DNA of 64,000 nucleotides from an uncultured Gemmatimonadaceae bacterium (GTDB lineage Bacteria > Gemmatimonadota > Gemmatimonadetes > Gemmatimonadales > Gemmatimonadaceae): positions 1,536,001-1,600,000 of the forward strand of contig CAVUDW010000003.1 in assembly GCA_963740355.1 (NCBI GenBank), read 5' to 3'. How positions within the stretch are numbered: the first letter of the stretch is position 1; each line of letters begins with the position of its first letter. The translations under genes were made by a program, and so were the position numbers. This document shows, piece by piece, positions 1-10,059 of the stretch. The notes beneath the pieces were generated by a model, which saw only the letters and a program-made list of their open reading frames with translations, did not search any database and was not told the DNA's origin.

Positions 1-57
1 CGTTCGGGAAGACGGTGCGGTAGGTGCGCAGGCTCAAGTTCGTGAGGTGGGACTTGT

Positions 58-1170
58 CTAGTGCAGGATCTTCAGCATGCCCGCGTCGGCACTGCCACGC
101 AGGAATGCTTCGGCCGAATCGGTCGGGACGCGTTGCCCGGTCTGCGCCTGCACCCGGGCCGCCTCACCAAGCATGAATTCATACAGTGACTTGCCACCGG
201 CAGTCGCGTCGCGCATCTCGGTCAGGATATCGTCCCAGCTGCCAACGAAGGTGTCGCCGGTGCGCGTCAAGACACTGTGCTCGACGTCGCTGTCCTTCTG
301 ATCGCGCATCTCGGCCAGCAACGAGCCGAACAACTCCAACTGCCCCTTCGAGTCGGAGTCGTCCTCGCCTTCACCGAGCACGCGCGCCTCGATCTCCGAC
401 AACATCTCGTCGATGCTGTCGGTCTCGGCGTTCAACTCCTCGAGCTGCGCCTGCCATGGGGCCAGGTCCGGATCGTCGTCGTTGAGGCGATACGCGGCCT
501 TCTTCAACTCGATCAAGCGCCAGATGCCCAGCTCGTCCCAGTGATCTTCCGGTGACGACTTCTCGAACTGGTACAGCGCCGCCTCGAACTCCTGCTTGTC
601 GTACAACAGGTTGGCGAGGTAGATGCGGGCCTCGGTGTAATCCGGATCGAGCTTGAGCGCACGACGCAGCGTGGAAATCGCTGCATCGTCCTCGCCGGCG
701 CGATGCTGGGCGTAGCCCATGCAGCTCACCGCTTCCGCCGAGCCGGGCTCCTGCTGCACTGCGATATCGAAGAACTGCGCGGCATCCTCAACGAGGTTGT
801 CGCGGAACAATGCACGGCCGACCTGGAGCATCAGCTCCACGTCATCGTGATACCCGAGTTCGAGGATGCGGCGGAAGTTCTTCCGGGCATGATCCACCTG
901 GCCGAAGCGCAACAGGGTCTCACCCATGCCAGCCAGGCCGTCCTCGTGCTCCGAGTCGAGGGTCAGTGCCTCCTCGAAGCTCCGGCGCGCCCACGCGTAT
1001 TCCTCGCGCGCCAGACGTGCGTATCCCTCTCCGACATGGAGTTCGACCGAGGTCGGATAGAGCACGAGCCCTTCGCGCAGCACCGCCAGCGCGTCGTCAA
1101 AGCGCCCCTCGTTGTAGAGCTGGTGGGCGCGCTCGTCGTACTCTTCGGACGACAGGAATTGCGAGGCCAT
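58..1170 (-). CDS. Tetratricopeptide-repeat protein with acidic C-terminal domain
   Basis: 370-aa ORF with serial TPR helices (e.g. AISTLRRALKLDPDYTEARIYLANLLY). Confidence 0.85.
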   Translation of the reverse strand: MASQFLSSEEYDERAHQLYNEGRFDDALAVLREGLVLYPTSVELHVGEGYARLAREEYAWARRSFEEALTLDSEHEDGLAGMGETLLRFGQVDHARKNFRRILELGYHDDVELMLQVGRALFRDNLVEDAAQFFDIAVQQEPGSAEAVSCMGYAQHRAGEDDAAISTLRRALKLDPDYTEARIYLANLLYDKQEFEAALYQFEKSSPEDHWDELGIWRLIELKKAAYRLNDDDPDLAPWQAQLEELNAETDSIDEMLSEIEARVLGEGEDDSDSKGQLELFGSLLAEMRDQKDSDVEHSVLTRTGDTFVGSWDDILTEMRDATAGGKSLYEFMLGEAARVQAQTGQRVPTDSAEAFLRGSADAGMLKILH

Positions 1171-1409
1171 CGCGACAGTCCTCCGGGCAAAGCGTCAGCA
1201 GGGAAAATAGACCGCGGTACACACCGCGAGCCACCCCGCTGAACGGGTAGTACACCGAACTACAGCGATTGGTCGTCCACAGCGCCCACGTTCCTGCGCC
1301 GCCGCTCGTCCTCTGTACCGTACCCAGTTCTATCTAACGAGCGTGACAAGTGTTGCTCCGATAAACGCGTCACGTTCGTGTCCCGTGCCCGATCCTGCAC
1401 CCGTGTGAG

Positions 1410-2318
1410 CTACCGCGCCAGTGTCCCACAGGCGACCGCGATCTGCGCGGCCAGCGTGGCGTTGGATTCCAGCAGCGCCAGATTGGCCGGCAACGACGCG
1501 CCATCGGTGGCGGCGAGCACCGCGCCGAGCAAGAACGGTGTCAATGCGGCGCCGGAAATGCCGGCCTCCGCGGCGTCACGCACAGCGCCCGCCACCGCCG
1601 CGTCAACCGTTTGCTGATCGAGCGCGGCCGCGGCGGGGGGCGGCTGCACTACCAGCACCGCGCTGCGTTCCCCAAGTGCCCAGTGTGCGCGCGCAATCCG
1701 CGCGATGTCTTCCGCTGAATCGGCGCGCTGCGGCACACGAAGTCCCGTGCCGAGGGTGAAGAACCCTGGCAGTTCGTTGGTGCGGTACCCCACCACGGGC
1801 ACGCCAAGCGTTTCCAGCCGCTCGAGTGTGGCCGGCAGGTCGAGAATCGACTTCGCACCCGCGCACACCACGATCACCGGCGTGTGTGACAACGCCGTCA
1901 GGTCGGCCGATTCATCGAACGGTGCGCCCCGATGCACGCCGCCAATGCCGCCGGTGGCGAACACCTCGATGCCGCCGGCATGGGCGAGCGTCATCGATGC
2001 CGCGACGGTGGTGGCACCGTCTGCCCCTTGCACCATACACGTCGCCAGGTCGCGTGCACTCACCTTTCGCACACCATCACGCGCCAGAAAGCGCTTCAGC
2101 TCCTCGGAGGTGATGCCGAGCGTCGCCTGGCCGGCAGCGACGGCGGTCAGCGCCGGCACGGCTCCCGCGCGCTCCACCGCATACACCATGCGGTGTGCGG
2201 CATCGGCGTTGTACGGAATCGGCAGCCCTTGCGACAGGACCGACGTCTCGAGGGCCACGACCGGCGTGCCATTGGCGAGCGCTTCGGCAATGTGTGGCAG
2301 TATGCGCAAGACGTGCAT
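1410..2318 (-). CDS. psuG: Pseudouridine-5'-phosphate glycosidase
   Basis: PVVALETSV, GATTVAAS, FATGGIGGVHRG, DESADL, GAKSILDL motifs; start placed at MHVLRIL. Confidence 0.93.
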   Translation of the reverse strand: MHVLRILPHIAEALANGTPVVALETSVLSQGLPIPYNADAAHRMVYAVERAGAVPALTAVAAGQATLGITSEELKRFLARDGVRKVSARDLATCMVQGADGATTVAASMTLAHAGGIEVFATGGIGGVHRGAPFDESADLTALSHTPVIVVCAGAKSILDLPATLERLETLGVPVVGYRTNELPGFFTLGTGLRVPQRADSAEDIARIARAHWALGERSAVLVVQPPPAAAALDQQTVDAAVAGAVRDAAEAGISGAALTPFLLGAVLAATDGASLPANLALLESNATLAAQIAVACGTLAR

Positions 2319-2425
2319 GCAATCGGGATGGTCGTGATCGATGAATGCCCGGAGCATTCCAACGAACCGTGCGTCGAACGCCGCAGTCTAGCGCGTGCAC
2401 CACATCACACGCAGCGGCCAGCGAG

Positions 2426-3127
2426 CTACTGCGTCACCGCACCCGGTGCAACCGCCTTTGGCCCCGTTTCCCGCTCGCGCATCGACACCGGCTCGGCGGT
2501 CAACAGCAGGCGGTCGGGGGATGGCCCGACGTAGCGAGTGGGCCAGCAGGTGGTGAGTGTGAGCTGTGGCGTGCGCGACTCGAAGATCACGCGTTCGTCC
2601 TTGCCCACCACGCGACGCTGCGTGATGCGCCACATCACACTCAACATGGGTGTCTGCGTTTCGATCATGTCGCCCACACGCAGGTCGTCGAGTCGATGGA
2701 AGTGACGATCGCGGTGCGCGGAAATGACCGAGTTGCCTGTCTGCCCCGGGAATACCGTGCCAGGCATGTGTCCCGGCCCAGCCCAGAGGTCCTTGTCGCT
2801 CAGCCCTTCCACGACCACTTCGTCGAGGCGGATCGCAGGAATGATCACACGCACGACCGGTGCACCCGACGGCACACGCGTGAGATTGAGGCTTGCAATC
2901 GCGCTCAACGATGCGGACTTCATCACCTTCGTCCACTCGGCGCGCGTCCGCTCGCGAGCCACCGTGCCGCGCAGGTACTGCACACCGACCACCGTCATGA
3001 TGATGGTGCCGATCGCGAGCAGGGCAATGCCAAAGACGCGAGGAGCGCGGCGGCGAGGTGGCCGACCGCGCCCGGGCGCGTCATGGATCCCGACTGGGCT
3101 AGCTCCGAGTGCGGAGAACTGTGACAC
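2426..3127 (-). CDS. Sortase (class D-like)
   Basis: N-terminal TM anchor; GNSVISAHRD (His), LTLTTCWP (Cys) and downstream Arg (PDRLL). Confidence 0.9.
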   Translation of the reverse strand: MSQFSALGASPVGIHDAPGRGRPPRRRAPRVFGIALLAIGTIIMTVVGVQYLRGTVARERTRAEWTKVMKSASLSAIASLNLTRVPSGAPVVRVIIPAIRLDEVVVEGLSDKDLWAGPGHMPGTVFPGQTGNSVISAHRDRHFHRLDDLRVGDMIETQTPMLSVMWRITQRRVVGKDERVIFESRTPQLTLTTCWPTRYVGPSPDRLLLTAEPVSMRERETGPKAVAPGAVTQ

Positions 3128-3641
3128 AGCCGATGGCTACGAGACCCGTGCCGAGGAGGAACACGGACGGCAATGGCGTGCCGGTGTTCGGCGCACGCAG
3201 GCCGGCACGCATCGAGTCGGGAGACACTGGCTCGGGGATGTTGCTGCGGTTCATCGATGGTGCGACGCCGCCCGCAGGCGATTCCGCTCCGGCATTGCGC
3301 GCCCCTTCTCGCACGGCGAGATCGGGATCTGCGGCAGCCGGCGCGCGCGTGGCCGGATCGCCGGCACCAGCGTTCGACACGATGAGGTTGGGATTGGTCC
3401 CAGAATCCGGCGTCCGTGCGGCAAACACACCGGGAACACCACCCGCCGCGGCCATCACGCCCAGCAAACCCAGCGGGGCAAGTGCACCGAGATCGCGCAG
3501 ACCACCACGGGAATCGCCGATCGGGCAATCACAGGTGGCCGGCGGCGTCGTTGTCGGAGGCGTCGTCGTCTGGGCGCCGAGCAGCACAGGCGCCGCAGAC
3601 ACCGCTGCCCACGCCGCAATTGTCACCGCTTGCTTGAACAT
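3099..3641 (-). CDS. Small secreted protein with LPxTG-like sorting signal; putative sortase substrate
   Basis: Signal peptide MFKQAVTIAAWAAVSAAPVLLGAQ; C-terminus APNTG, hydrophobic helix, then RTRS; overlaps the sortase start. Confidence 0.75.
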   Translation of the reverse strand: MFKQAVTIAAWAAVSAAPVLLGAQTTTPPTTTPPATCDCPIGDSRGGLRDLGALAPLGLLGVMAAAGGVPGVFAARTPDSGTNPNLIVSNAGAGDPATRAPAAADPDLAVREGARNAGAESPAGGVAPSMNRSNIPEPVSPDSMRAGLRAPNTGTPLPSVFLLGTGLVAIGCVTVLRTRS

Positions 3642-3692
3642 TCCAGAGACTCCAGCACTGTGGCGGGTGATACGTATCGCCTCGATCGAAGC

Positions 3693-3707
3693 GCACCTCA
3701 CATGCCA
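3693..3707 (-). promoter_or_regulatory. Putative sigma-54 -24/-12 promoter for the substrate-sortase operon
   Basis: TGGCATGTGAGGTGC (GG-N10-GC), about 50 nt upstream of the ATG at 3641. Confidence 0.45.
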
Positions 3708-3892
3708 GCGGATCGGTCAAAACTGCACACCGGAGCGCGAGCTGGACAGAGGCCACAACTGACGGCGCCACCGTCAGTTAGCGAATCCTGTCAGAGGACA
3801 CATTAGTCACGGTTCAAGTAACAAGCGAGCAGGACCATTGGGTTAACGCGTCGGAGTGTGGGATCGGAGCCACACTCAGGGTGGCCAGGTGC

Positions 3893-4858
3893 CTACGGCG
3901 ACGTCGCGACCAGCCGCGGCCACGCGGCCGTGATCACCCGACCGAACTCTGCCATCGTCCGCTGTGGCTCGGAGTCGATGGCCCACCGCTGGTCGACATT
4001 CTCCCGGGTGAAAACACAGGCGACCACCCGGCTCTGGAGGTAGAACACCGCGCACTCGGTGCGCACCGCGTCCGTCGCGCCGGTCTTGTGGGGCGCCCGA
4101 ATCCCCTCGACGTACCGCTGGAGCAGCTGGCCATCCTCGTTGTGGTCGAGCATGTCCAGCAGCAGCGAATCGGCCGCCGGCGAGACGGCCTTGCCGTCGG
4201 CCAGCATCGAGAAGAGCTGCGACATCTCGTTCGGCGTGCTCACGCCCAACCCGTACTTGACCGAGCTGTCCATCGCCACGCTCGCGAGGCGCAGGAACAC
4301 CTTGGAGTGCACCTTGGTCCGCGGCAGCCCCCGCTTCTCCATCGCGTCCCAGACCCGCCGAATCTCCACCCGCGAGAGCAACAGGTTCGTGGCGGTGTTG
4401 TCACTCAGCGTGAGCATCAGCCAGAGCGCATCGCGAATCGTGATCTCCGCGCCGTCGTGCAGGAACTGCAGGACGCCCGCCCCCGGCACCTTCTCGATCT
4501 TGAGCACGGTGATGCGATCGTCGAGGGAGATCTGTCCCAGCGCGACCTGATCCAACAGCGCCACCGCGATCGGCACCTTGATCAGGCTGGCCGTCGGAAA
4601 CGGCTCGTCGCCCAGTCGGGAGAGGCGTTCACCGGTCGCCAGGTTCGTGACTGCGTACCCCACGATGCCATGGTGCGCCGCGCTGATGGAATCGAGCGTC
4701 CGGTGCAGTGTCGCGGTGTCCGCGCGCGCGGGAGCGGCCGTGCGCGAAGCACGCGTCGCTTGCGACTGCGTCGGCGGCGCGAGCAGCATGAAAGCGAGCG
4801 GGGCGATGATGGCCACCGGCCACCACCGCCCCGCTCCCCAACAGCCCGCCACGATCAC
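3893..4858 (-). CDS. Class A beta-lactamase-like serine hydrolase
   Basis: FPTASLIK (SxxK), SDN and HKTG motifs; signal peptide; GTG start overlaps the upstream TGA. Confidence 0.85.
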   Translation of the reverse strand: MIVAGCWGAGRWWPVAIIAPLAFMLLAPPTQSQATRASRTAAPARADTATLHRTLDSISAAHHGIVGYAVTNLATGERLSRLGDEPFPTASLIKVPIAVALLDQVALGQISLDDRITVLKIEKVPGAGVLQFLHDGAEITIRDALWLMLTLSDNTATNLLLSRVEIRRVWDAMEKRGLPRTKVHSKVFLRLASVAMDSSVKYGLGVSTPNEMSQLFSMLADGKAVSPAADSLLLDMLDHNEDGQLLQRYVEGIRAPHKTGATDAVRTECAVFYLQSRVVACVFTRENVDQRWAIDSEPQRTMAEFGRVITAAWPRLVATSP

Positions 4859-5088
4859 TCGGCGGCGTCCGGGAATTCGTCGGACTTCTTCGTTGCCACG
4901 AGCTCGCGCTCGGTGCTCGTCGGGTCGTAGAGCGCGAGAATCTTGATCGTCTCGCCCGGATAACAATCGAACTCCTTTCCGGTGCCCTTGTAGACCTTGA
5001 TCTCATGCCCATCCTCGAAGCGGAGCAGCGCGAGAGGATACGAGTCGTTCGTGTACTGCTTGCGGACACGCTTCGGAGCTGTTGACAT
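4855..5088 (-). CDS. Small hypothetical protein (77 aa)
   Basis: MSTAPKRVRKQY...; typical codon usage; GAGGA RBS; coupled to the downstream gene. Confidence 0.7.
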   Translation of the reverse strand: MSTAPKRVRKQYTNDSYPLALLRFEDGHEIKVYKGTGKEFDCYPGETIKILALYDPTSTERELVATKKSDEFPDAAE

Positions 5089-5135
5089 CGCTGGACGATC
5101 CTCTGAGTGCTGAGCTGGCGGCGACGCGGGGTGCG

Positions 5136-6338
5136 TCAGGTGACCACGGGTCGGTTGGCGGCGAACGCTTCCCACGACCGCGTAGCGAGAATGTCATCGA
5201 GCACCGCCACGGCGGCCTCGATTTCCTCATCGGTCGTGTAGAAGTGCGGTGCCACCCGGATTCCTGCCCCGGGACGGTAATCGATCACAATGTCACGTGA
5301 GAGAAGGGCCTGCGCCACGGCTGGGCCCTGCGGAACGTCAAACGCCACCGTTCCCCCTCGGCGTTCGCCGTCACGCGGGGCGTGCACCTTGAAGCCGCGC
5401 TCGTCAGCGAGGGCGATCAGCCGAGCGGTCTGGCGCTGGCTCTTGGCCCGGATGGCGGCCATCCCCGCCTCGCCCACGATCGTTGGGCCATCCATCGCGG
5501 CATACAGCGCCGGCACGGTCGGAGTGCCGCCAAGCCAGCGCCAAGCGCCATCGGCCGGCGCCAGCGACGGCTCGAACGCGAACGGACGGGCGTGCGCCTG
5601 CCATCCCGTCAGCACCGGCCGCAGCGTTGCCGACTGATCTGGCGACACCCAGAGGAAACAGCCGCCGGGGCCACCGCAGAGCCACTTCAGCACGCCCCCC
5701 ATGTAGAAGTCGGCACCGAGCGCCACGACGTCGACCGGAATCACGCCTACTGCGTGATAGGCATCGAGCAGGACCAGCGCGCCGACCGAGTGCGCCTTCG
5801 CGATGATCGGCGCCACATCCATGATGTACGCCGACTTGAACAACACATGGCTGATCGCCACCAGCTTGGTTCGCGGCGAAATCGCGTCAACCACGCGCTG
5901 TGCATCGATGCTCAGGTTGTCGTCGGACGGCACCACCGTGACACGCGCACCAAGCTTCGGCGCCAACTCATCGGTGACGTACCGCACACTCGGGAAATCG
6001 AGTTCCGTCATGATGATTTCATCACGATCCGGCGAGTACGAAAGCGCCGACACGATCATCGCCTGTGCCTGACTCACCGTCGGCACCATCGACACGGAGC
6101 CAGCCGGCGCGCCCATCAGTGGTGCGACGATGTTGCCGACCTCGATCGGCAACTGCCACCAGCGATCGGCCCACGCCTTCACGCCCAGTGTGGCCCATGA
6201 TTCAGCGTACTCGGCGAGGCGTCCAGCGGTGGACGCCGGCATGGCGCCGAGCGAGTTGCTCACCAGGTACGTGCTGGTGGAAAGGATCGGGAACCGATCG
6301 CGGAAGCGCAGCAGCGGATCCTGTTCTGTCGTCGTCAT
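5136..6338 (-). CDS. kynU: Kynureninase / class V PLP-dependent enzyme
   Basis: YLVSNSLGAMP, LDFPS, LDAYHAVG, GGVLKWLCGGPG (PLP Lys), RGGTV, IDYR. Confidence 0.75.
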   Translation of the reverse strand: MTTTEQDPLLRFRDRFPILSTSTYLVSNSLGAMPASTAGRLAEYAESWATLGVKAWADRWWQLPIEVGNIVAPLMGAPAGSVSMVPTVSQAQAMIVSALSYSPDRDEIIMTELDFPSVRYVTDELAPKLGARVTVVPSDDNLSIDAQRVVDAISPRTKLVAISHVLFKSAYIMDVAPIIAKAHSVGALVLLDAYHAVGVIPVDVVALGADFYMGGVLKWLCGGPGGCFLWVSPDQSATLRPVLTGWQAHARPFAFEPSLAPADGAWRWLGGTPTVPALYAAMDGPTIVGEAGMAAIRAKSQRQTARLIALADERGFKVHAPRDGERRGGTVAFDVPQGPAVAQALLSRDIVIDYRPGAGIRVAPHFYTTDEEIEAAVAVLDDILATRSWEAFAANRPVVT

Positions 6339-7657
6339 GCGGGTGTAGCCGTCATCGGGGTGAGGGTGCGGCGTGCGATCACGAAGAAGAGGGAGGCGAC
6401 GCCAAGTGTCGCACCAAGCACCGTCCACTCCTCGAGTGTGATCGAGGTCAGGAGCCAGCCGATCAACAGCACCGTGATCACAGGAATCACCGGGCCACCG
6501 GGCACCGAGAAGGGAATCGTTCCCTCTTCGCGAACGCCACGCTTGCGAAGCACCATGGTCGCCAGTGCGCAGCCGGCATAGAGTAACAGTGCCGCGAGGT
6601 TCGAGATCACGGCCAGTTGCTCGAACGAGTTGAAGATCGCCAGAAATGCCACCAGTGTGGTCTGCACGGCGATGGCGACGTGCGGCGTTCGGTACGTTGG
6701 ATGAATGGCACCGATCACGCGTGGCAGCAGCCCATCCTGCGCGAACTTCCAGATCGCGCGGGGCGCGGCCAGCGTCATGCCGCTGACGTAGCCGAACATC
6801 GAGATCGTGGCGCCGATCAGCAGCAGCAGGCGGCCCGGCGTGCCAAGGAACTGCTCGGCGGCGAAGGCCAACGGCGCCGTCTTCACCGTCGCCAGGCGAT
6901 CACCGAGCAGGCCTGCGGCGACGAGATGCACCGAGAGATAGAGCAGCGTCACGCCGATCATCGCGATGGCCAGCGCGCGGGGCACGGTGCGCGCCGGGTC
7001 CTTCACCTCACCACTCGGCACGAGCGCACTTTCGCAGCCGGAGAAGGCGAAGATCAGGATGATCGATGCACGGGCGAGACTGGCCGGCGCCGGCATGTGT
7101 TCGATCACCAGGTTCGACGGCGTGATGAAGAATGCACCGATGCCGACGAACACCAGCAGCGGCAGCAGCTTCGCCACACTCATCACCACGATCAGGTTCG
7201 TGCCCTGTTTCACACCGCGAATGTTGACCAGCGCCAAACCGACGAACGCGGCAACGATGATCGGCGTGCGCAGCGATGGCATCCCGAGCAGTGTGCCCAA
7301 TCCCTCGGCGAATGCCGATGCGACACCGGCCACGGCGGTGGTGCCGATCATCCAGAGCAGCACGCCGGCCATGAAGCCGATGTAGCGTCCGAAGACCGCC
7401 TCGACGTAGGCGTAGGGGCCGCCGGTGAGCGGCACGCGACTGCCCGCTTCCGCAAAACAGAGCACCACGCAGCCGATGACGGCCGCGCAGATCAGGTAGA
7501 CGAACGGCGCAGCGGTGCCCGCAGCGGCGGCGGCTCCGGATGGCAGGCGGAAAATCCCGCCGCCCACCGTGACGTTGAAGATGCTGGCCGCGAGTCCGAA
7601 GACCCCGACGGCGCGCACCAGGCTGGGCGCGGATGAGGTCGACGGTGAGGTAGGCAC
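6335..7657 (-). CDS. APC-family amino acid permease
   Basis: About 12 TM helices; VTVGGGIF, GGPYAYV, FAFSGCE, GEVKDP. Confidence 0.92.
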   Translation of the reverse strand: MPTSPSTSSAPSLVRAVGVFGLAASIFNVTVGGGIFRLPSGAAAAAGTAAPFVYLICAAVIGCVVLCFAEAGSRVPLTGGPYAYVEAVFGRYIGFMAGVLLWMIGTTAVAGVASAFAEGLGTLLGMPSLRTPIIVAAFVGLALVNIRGVKQGTNLIVVMSVAKLLPLLVFVGIGAFFITPSNLVIEHMPAPASLARASIILIFAFSGCESALVPSGEVKDPARTVPRALAIAMIGVTLLYLSVHLVAAGLLGDRLATVKTAPLAFAAEQFLGTPGRLLLLIGATISMFGYVSGMTLAAPRAIWKFAQDGLLPRVIGAIHPTYRTPHVAIAVQTTLVAFLAIFNSFEQLAVISNLAALLLYAGCALATMVLRKRGVREEGTIPFSVPGGPVIPVITVLLIGWLLTSITLEEWTVLGATLGVASLFFVIARRTLTPMTATPA

Positions 7658-7902
7658 GCGCGCAAGATCGTCCCGAACCGTCGTTGCGGGCAGGGGGGCG
7701 CCGAACCGCGTGACCGCACCCGGCCGGCAGGCGTCGTCCAGACGGGATCGCGAGCTGGACGCGCGGGCCGTCGAGACGTGGTCAGTCGGCGCGGGATGCC
7801 GGTGGTGTATCAGGCGCGATCGGGGTTCGAGTGCCCGCGCTCCCCCGCCAGGTCATCTTTCGTGTCGGTGCAGGAACGACTTCACCTCAGCCTTGGGATG
7901 GC

Positions 7903-8958
7903 ATGACGTCGGACAGACCACGAATCGGACTGGTGCTGGGTGGCGGTGGTCTGAAGGGGTTCGCACACATCGGCGTGCTCGAGGTGTTGCACGCGGCCGG
8001 CATCGCGCCGGTGCTGATGGCGGGGTCGAGCATCGGCTCGCTGATAGCGAGCTCGTACGCACTTGGTACGCCGATCGCGAAGATGCGCGAGCGGGCGATG
8101 ACGCTGCGCCGCAAGGATCTGTTTCGTGTGAACGCGGGTGGCTTTGCGCGCGGCTTGCTGAAGAGCCCGAGCTTTTACGCCGCGGAACCGCTGCAGGCAC
8201 TGATCGCGGGCGTCATTCCCGATCGCCGCTTCGACCAGCTCTCGCAACCGCTGCTGGTCAACACGGTCGACCTCGAGCGCGGCATGCAGGTGGTGTGGGG
8301 TTCGCCTGGCTTCAAGAACGCCTCGATTCGTGAGGCCGTGTACGCGTCCTGCGCGTTGCCTGGCTTCTTTCCGCCGGGGCTGGTCACGGGCCGAGTGTGC
8401 GTTGATGGCGGCACGGTGGACAACATGCCGGTGACGGCCGCCGCTGAGTCGCTCGACCTGCTGATCGCGGTGGATGTCGGCAACAGCGAAGTTGAACACG
8501 CCGCGGATGTGACGCAGGAAGGCATTGCGTCGATCTTCATGCGCTCTGCCACACTGATGATGCGCATGCTGCAACATGCGCCGCTGGCCGCCTGGAACGG
8601 TCGTCCGCCGGTGGTGCTGATCCGACCGCATGTGAGCCGCTACGGCTGGTTCAACTTCGACAAGATCCCCACGTTGATCAGCGCCGGCGCCCAGGCGGCC
8701 GAGGAGGTGCTGGACGCCATTCCGCTGGCCCTGAAGGCCGGGCACGGCATCTTCCCGCGCCAGAACATCCGGATCGCGGTGTCGCGCGACAAGTGCACGG
8801 CCTGTGGGCAGTGCATCGCGATGGCGCCCTATGCCATGACACGCGGCGTGGATGGCAAGGCGGTGCCGCTGCAGTCGCGGTTCGATTGGAGTCCGGTGGA
8901 CAGCGATTTCACGGTGCATTGTCCCACCGGTGCGATCTCGATGCAGCGCGGCGCGTAA
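7903..8958 (+). CDS. Patatin-like phospholipase with C-terminal ferredoxin-like domain
   Basis: GGGGLKG, GSSIG (GxSxG), DGG; C-terminal CTACGQC...HCPTGAI. Confidence 0.88.
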   Translation: MTSDRPRIGLVLGGGGLKGFAHIGVLEVLHAAGIAPVLMAGSSIGSLIASSYALGTPIAKMRERAMTLRRKDLFRVNAGGFARGLLKSPSFYAAEPLQALIAGVIPDRRFDQLSQPLLVNTVDLERGMQVVWGSPGFKNASIREAVYASCALPGFFPPGLVTGRVCVDGGTVDNMPVTAAAESLDLLIAVDVGNSEVEHAADVTQEGIASIFMRSATLMMRMLQHAPLAAWNGRPPVVLIRPHVSRYGWFNFDKIPTLISAGAQAAEEVLDAIPLALKAGHGIFPRQNIRIAVSRDKCTACGQCIAMAPYAMTRGVDGKAVPLQSRFDWSPVDSDFTVHCPTGAISMQRGA

Positions 8959-9037
8959 GCGCGGAACGGACCAGGGTCAGCGCTGCAGCACCGACCTTCA
9001 CACGTGGACGAGGGATTTCAGCGCGGGCGCTGGCGAG

Positions 9038-10045
9038 TCAGGACAGCGCCGCCTTCGCCAACCGTTCGTACGCGCCAACCGCCGCCCGCATCTCCGCGAT
9101 CTCGATGAACTCGTGATCGGTGTGCGCGACGTGAATGCTGCCTGGCCCGAACAGATACGGCGTGCCCCAGTTGCTCAACTCGGGCACGTCGGTGGCATAG
9201 GCGACAACATCCGTCTCGAACCCCGCGACTGCCCCCAGCAGCACTGGCTGCACGATCGTCTCGACGTTCAACTGGCCGCGATCGCCGAGCCAGTTGCGAA
9301 GCATCGCGACGACCTCTTCGCCCGGCGTGACAATGCGAATCATCAGACGCGCGGTCGCTTCTGGCGCGATCACATTGTCGGCCACGCCGCCGGCCAGCCC
9401 GCCGATGTTGACCGTCGTGGCGCCGAGCACAGGATGTGTCGGCAGCGTAAGCGCCTCGAGCTCTGTCAGCAGCTTCACCAGGTTCGACGTCGCGCTCACG
9501 CCGTTCTGCGGATAGGCCGAGTGCGCCGCTTTGCCGTGCGTCGTGATCGTGCAGCGCAACGCCCCCTTCGTGCCGATGCCGAGCTTGGACTCGGTGGGTT
9601 CGCCATTGATCAACACCTTGCAGTTGTTCTTCATCGCGTTGGCGGCGCGCGCGCCGTCATGCGGCGCTTCTTCACCAACCACCAGCAACACCCCCACCGG
9701 CATCCCCTCGTCGCGCAGTGCGGTGGCGGCGCAGATCATCGCCGCCGCGATGCCCTTGGCGTCACAGGCGCCGCGCCCCAGCAGCCGATCCCCTTCGATC
9801 GTCGGCGGGATGTACGGCGGCACCGTATCGAGGTGGGTGGAGAAGACCAGTTCCACCGGCTTCGAGCCGTAGGCCAGCAGGTTGTCGCGACCGGGCGTGA
9901 CCGGGATCCGCCGGATGTTCCAGCCGAGTTCGGTAAGGATGCCCTCGGCGACCGTGATCACGCGGCCTTCGCTGCCGGTGGTCGATTCGGTGGCCATGAG
10001 CTGCATCGCAACGGCGAGCACGTCGGGAGCGGGAGGAGGCGTCAT
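9038..10045 (-). CDS. M20 family metallopeptidase / acetylornithine deacetylase-like
   Basis: STHLDTVPP, GRGACDAKG, GEE, NGEPT, AHTDHE. Confidence 0.9.
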   Translation of the reverse strand: MTPPPAPDVLAVAMQLMATESTTGSEGRVITVAEGILTELGWNIRRIPVTPGRDNLLAYGSKPVELVFSTHLDTVPPYIPPTIEGDRLLGRGACDAKGIAAAMICAATALRDEGMPVGVLLVVGEEAPHDGARAANAMKNNCKVLINGEPTESKLGIGTKGALRCTITTHGKAAHSAYPQNGVSATSNLVKLLTELEALTLPTHPVLGATTVNIGGLAGGVADNVIAPEATARLMIRIVTPGEEVVAMLRNWLGDRGQLNVETIVQPVLLGAVAGFETDVVAYATDVPELSNWGTPYLFGPGSIHVAHTDHEFIEIAEMRAAVGAYERLAKAALS

Positions 10046-10059
10046 CCCTGAAAACTAAC

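Noticed and set aside
3893..4858. Bona fide antibiotic-resistance beta-lactamase
   Set aside because: It has SxxK, SDN and KTG, but no recognisable omega-loop ExxLN; the substrate cannot be assigned
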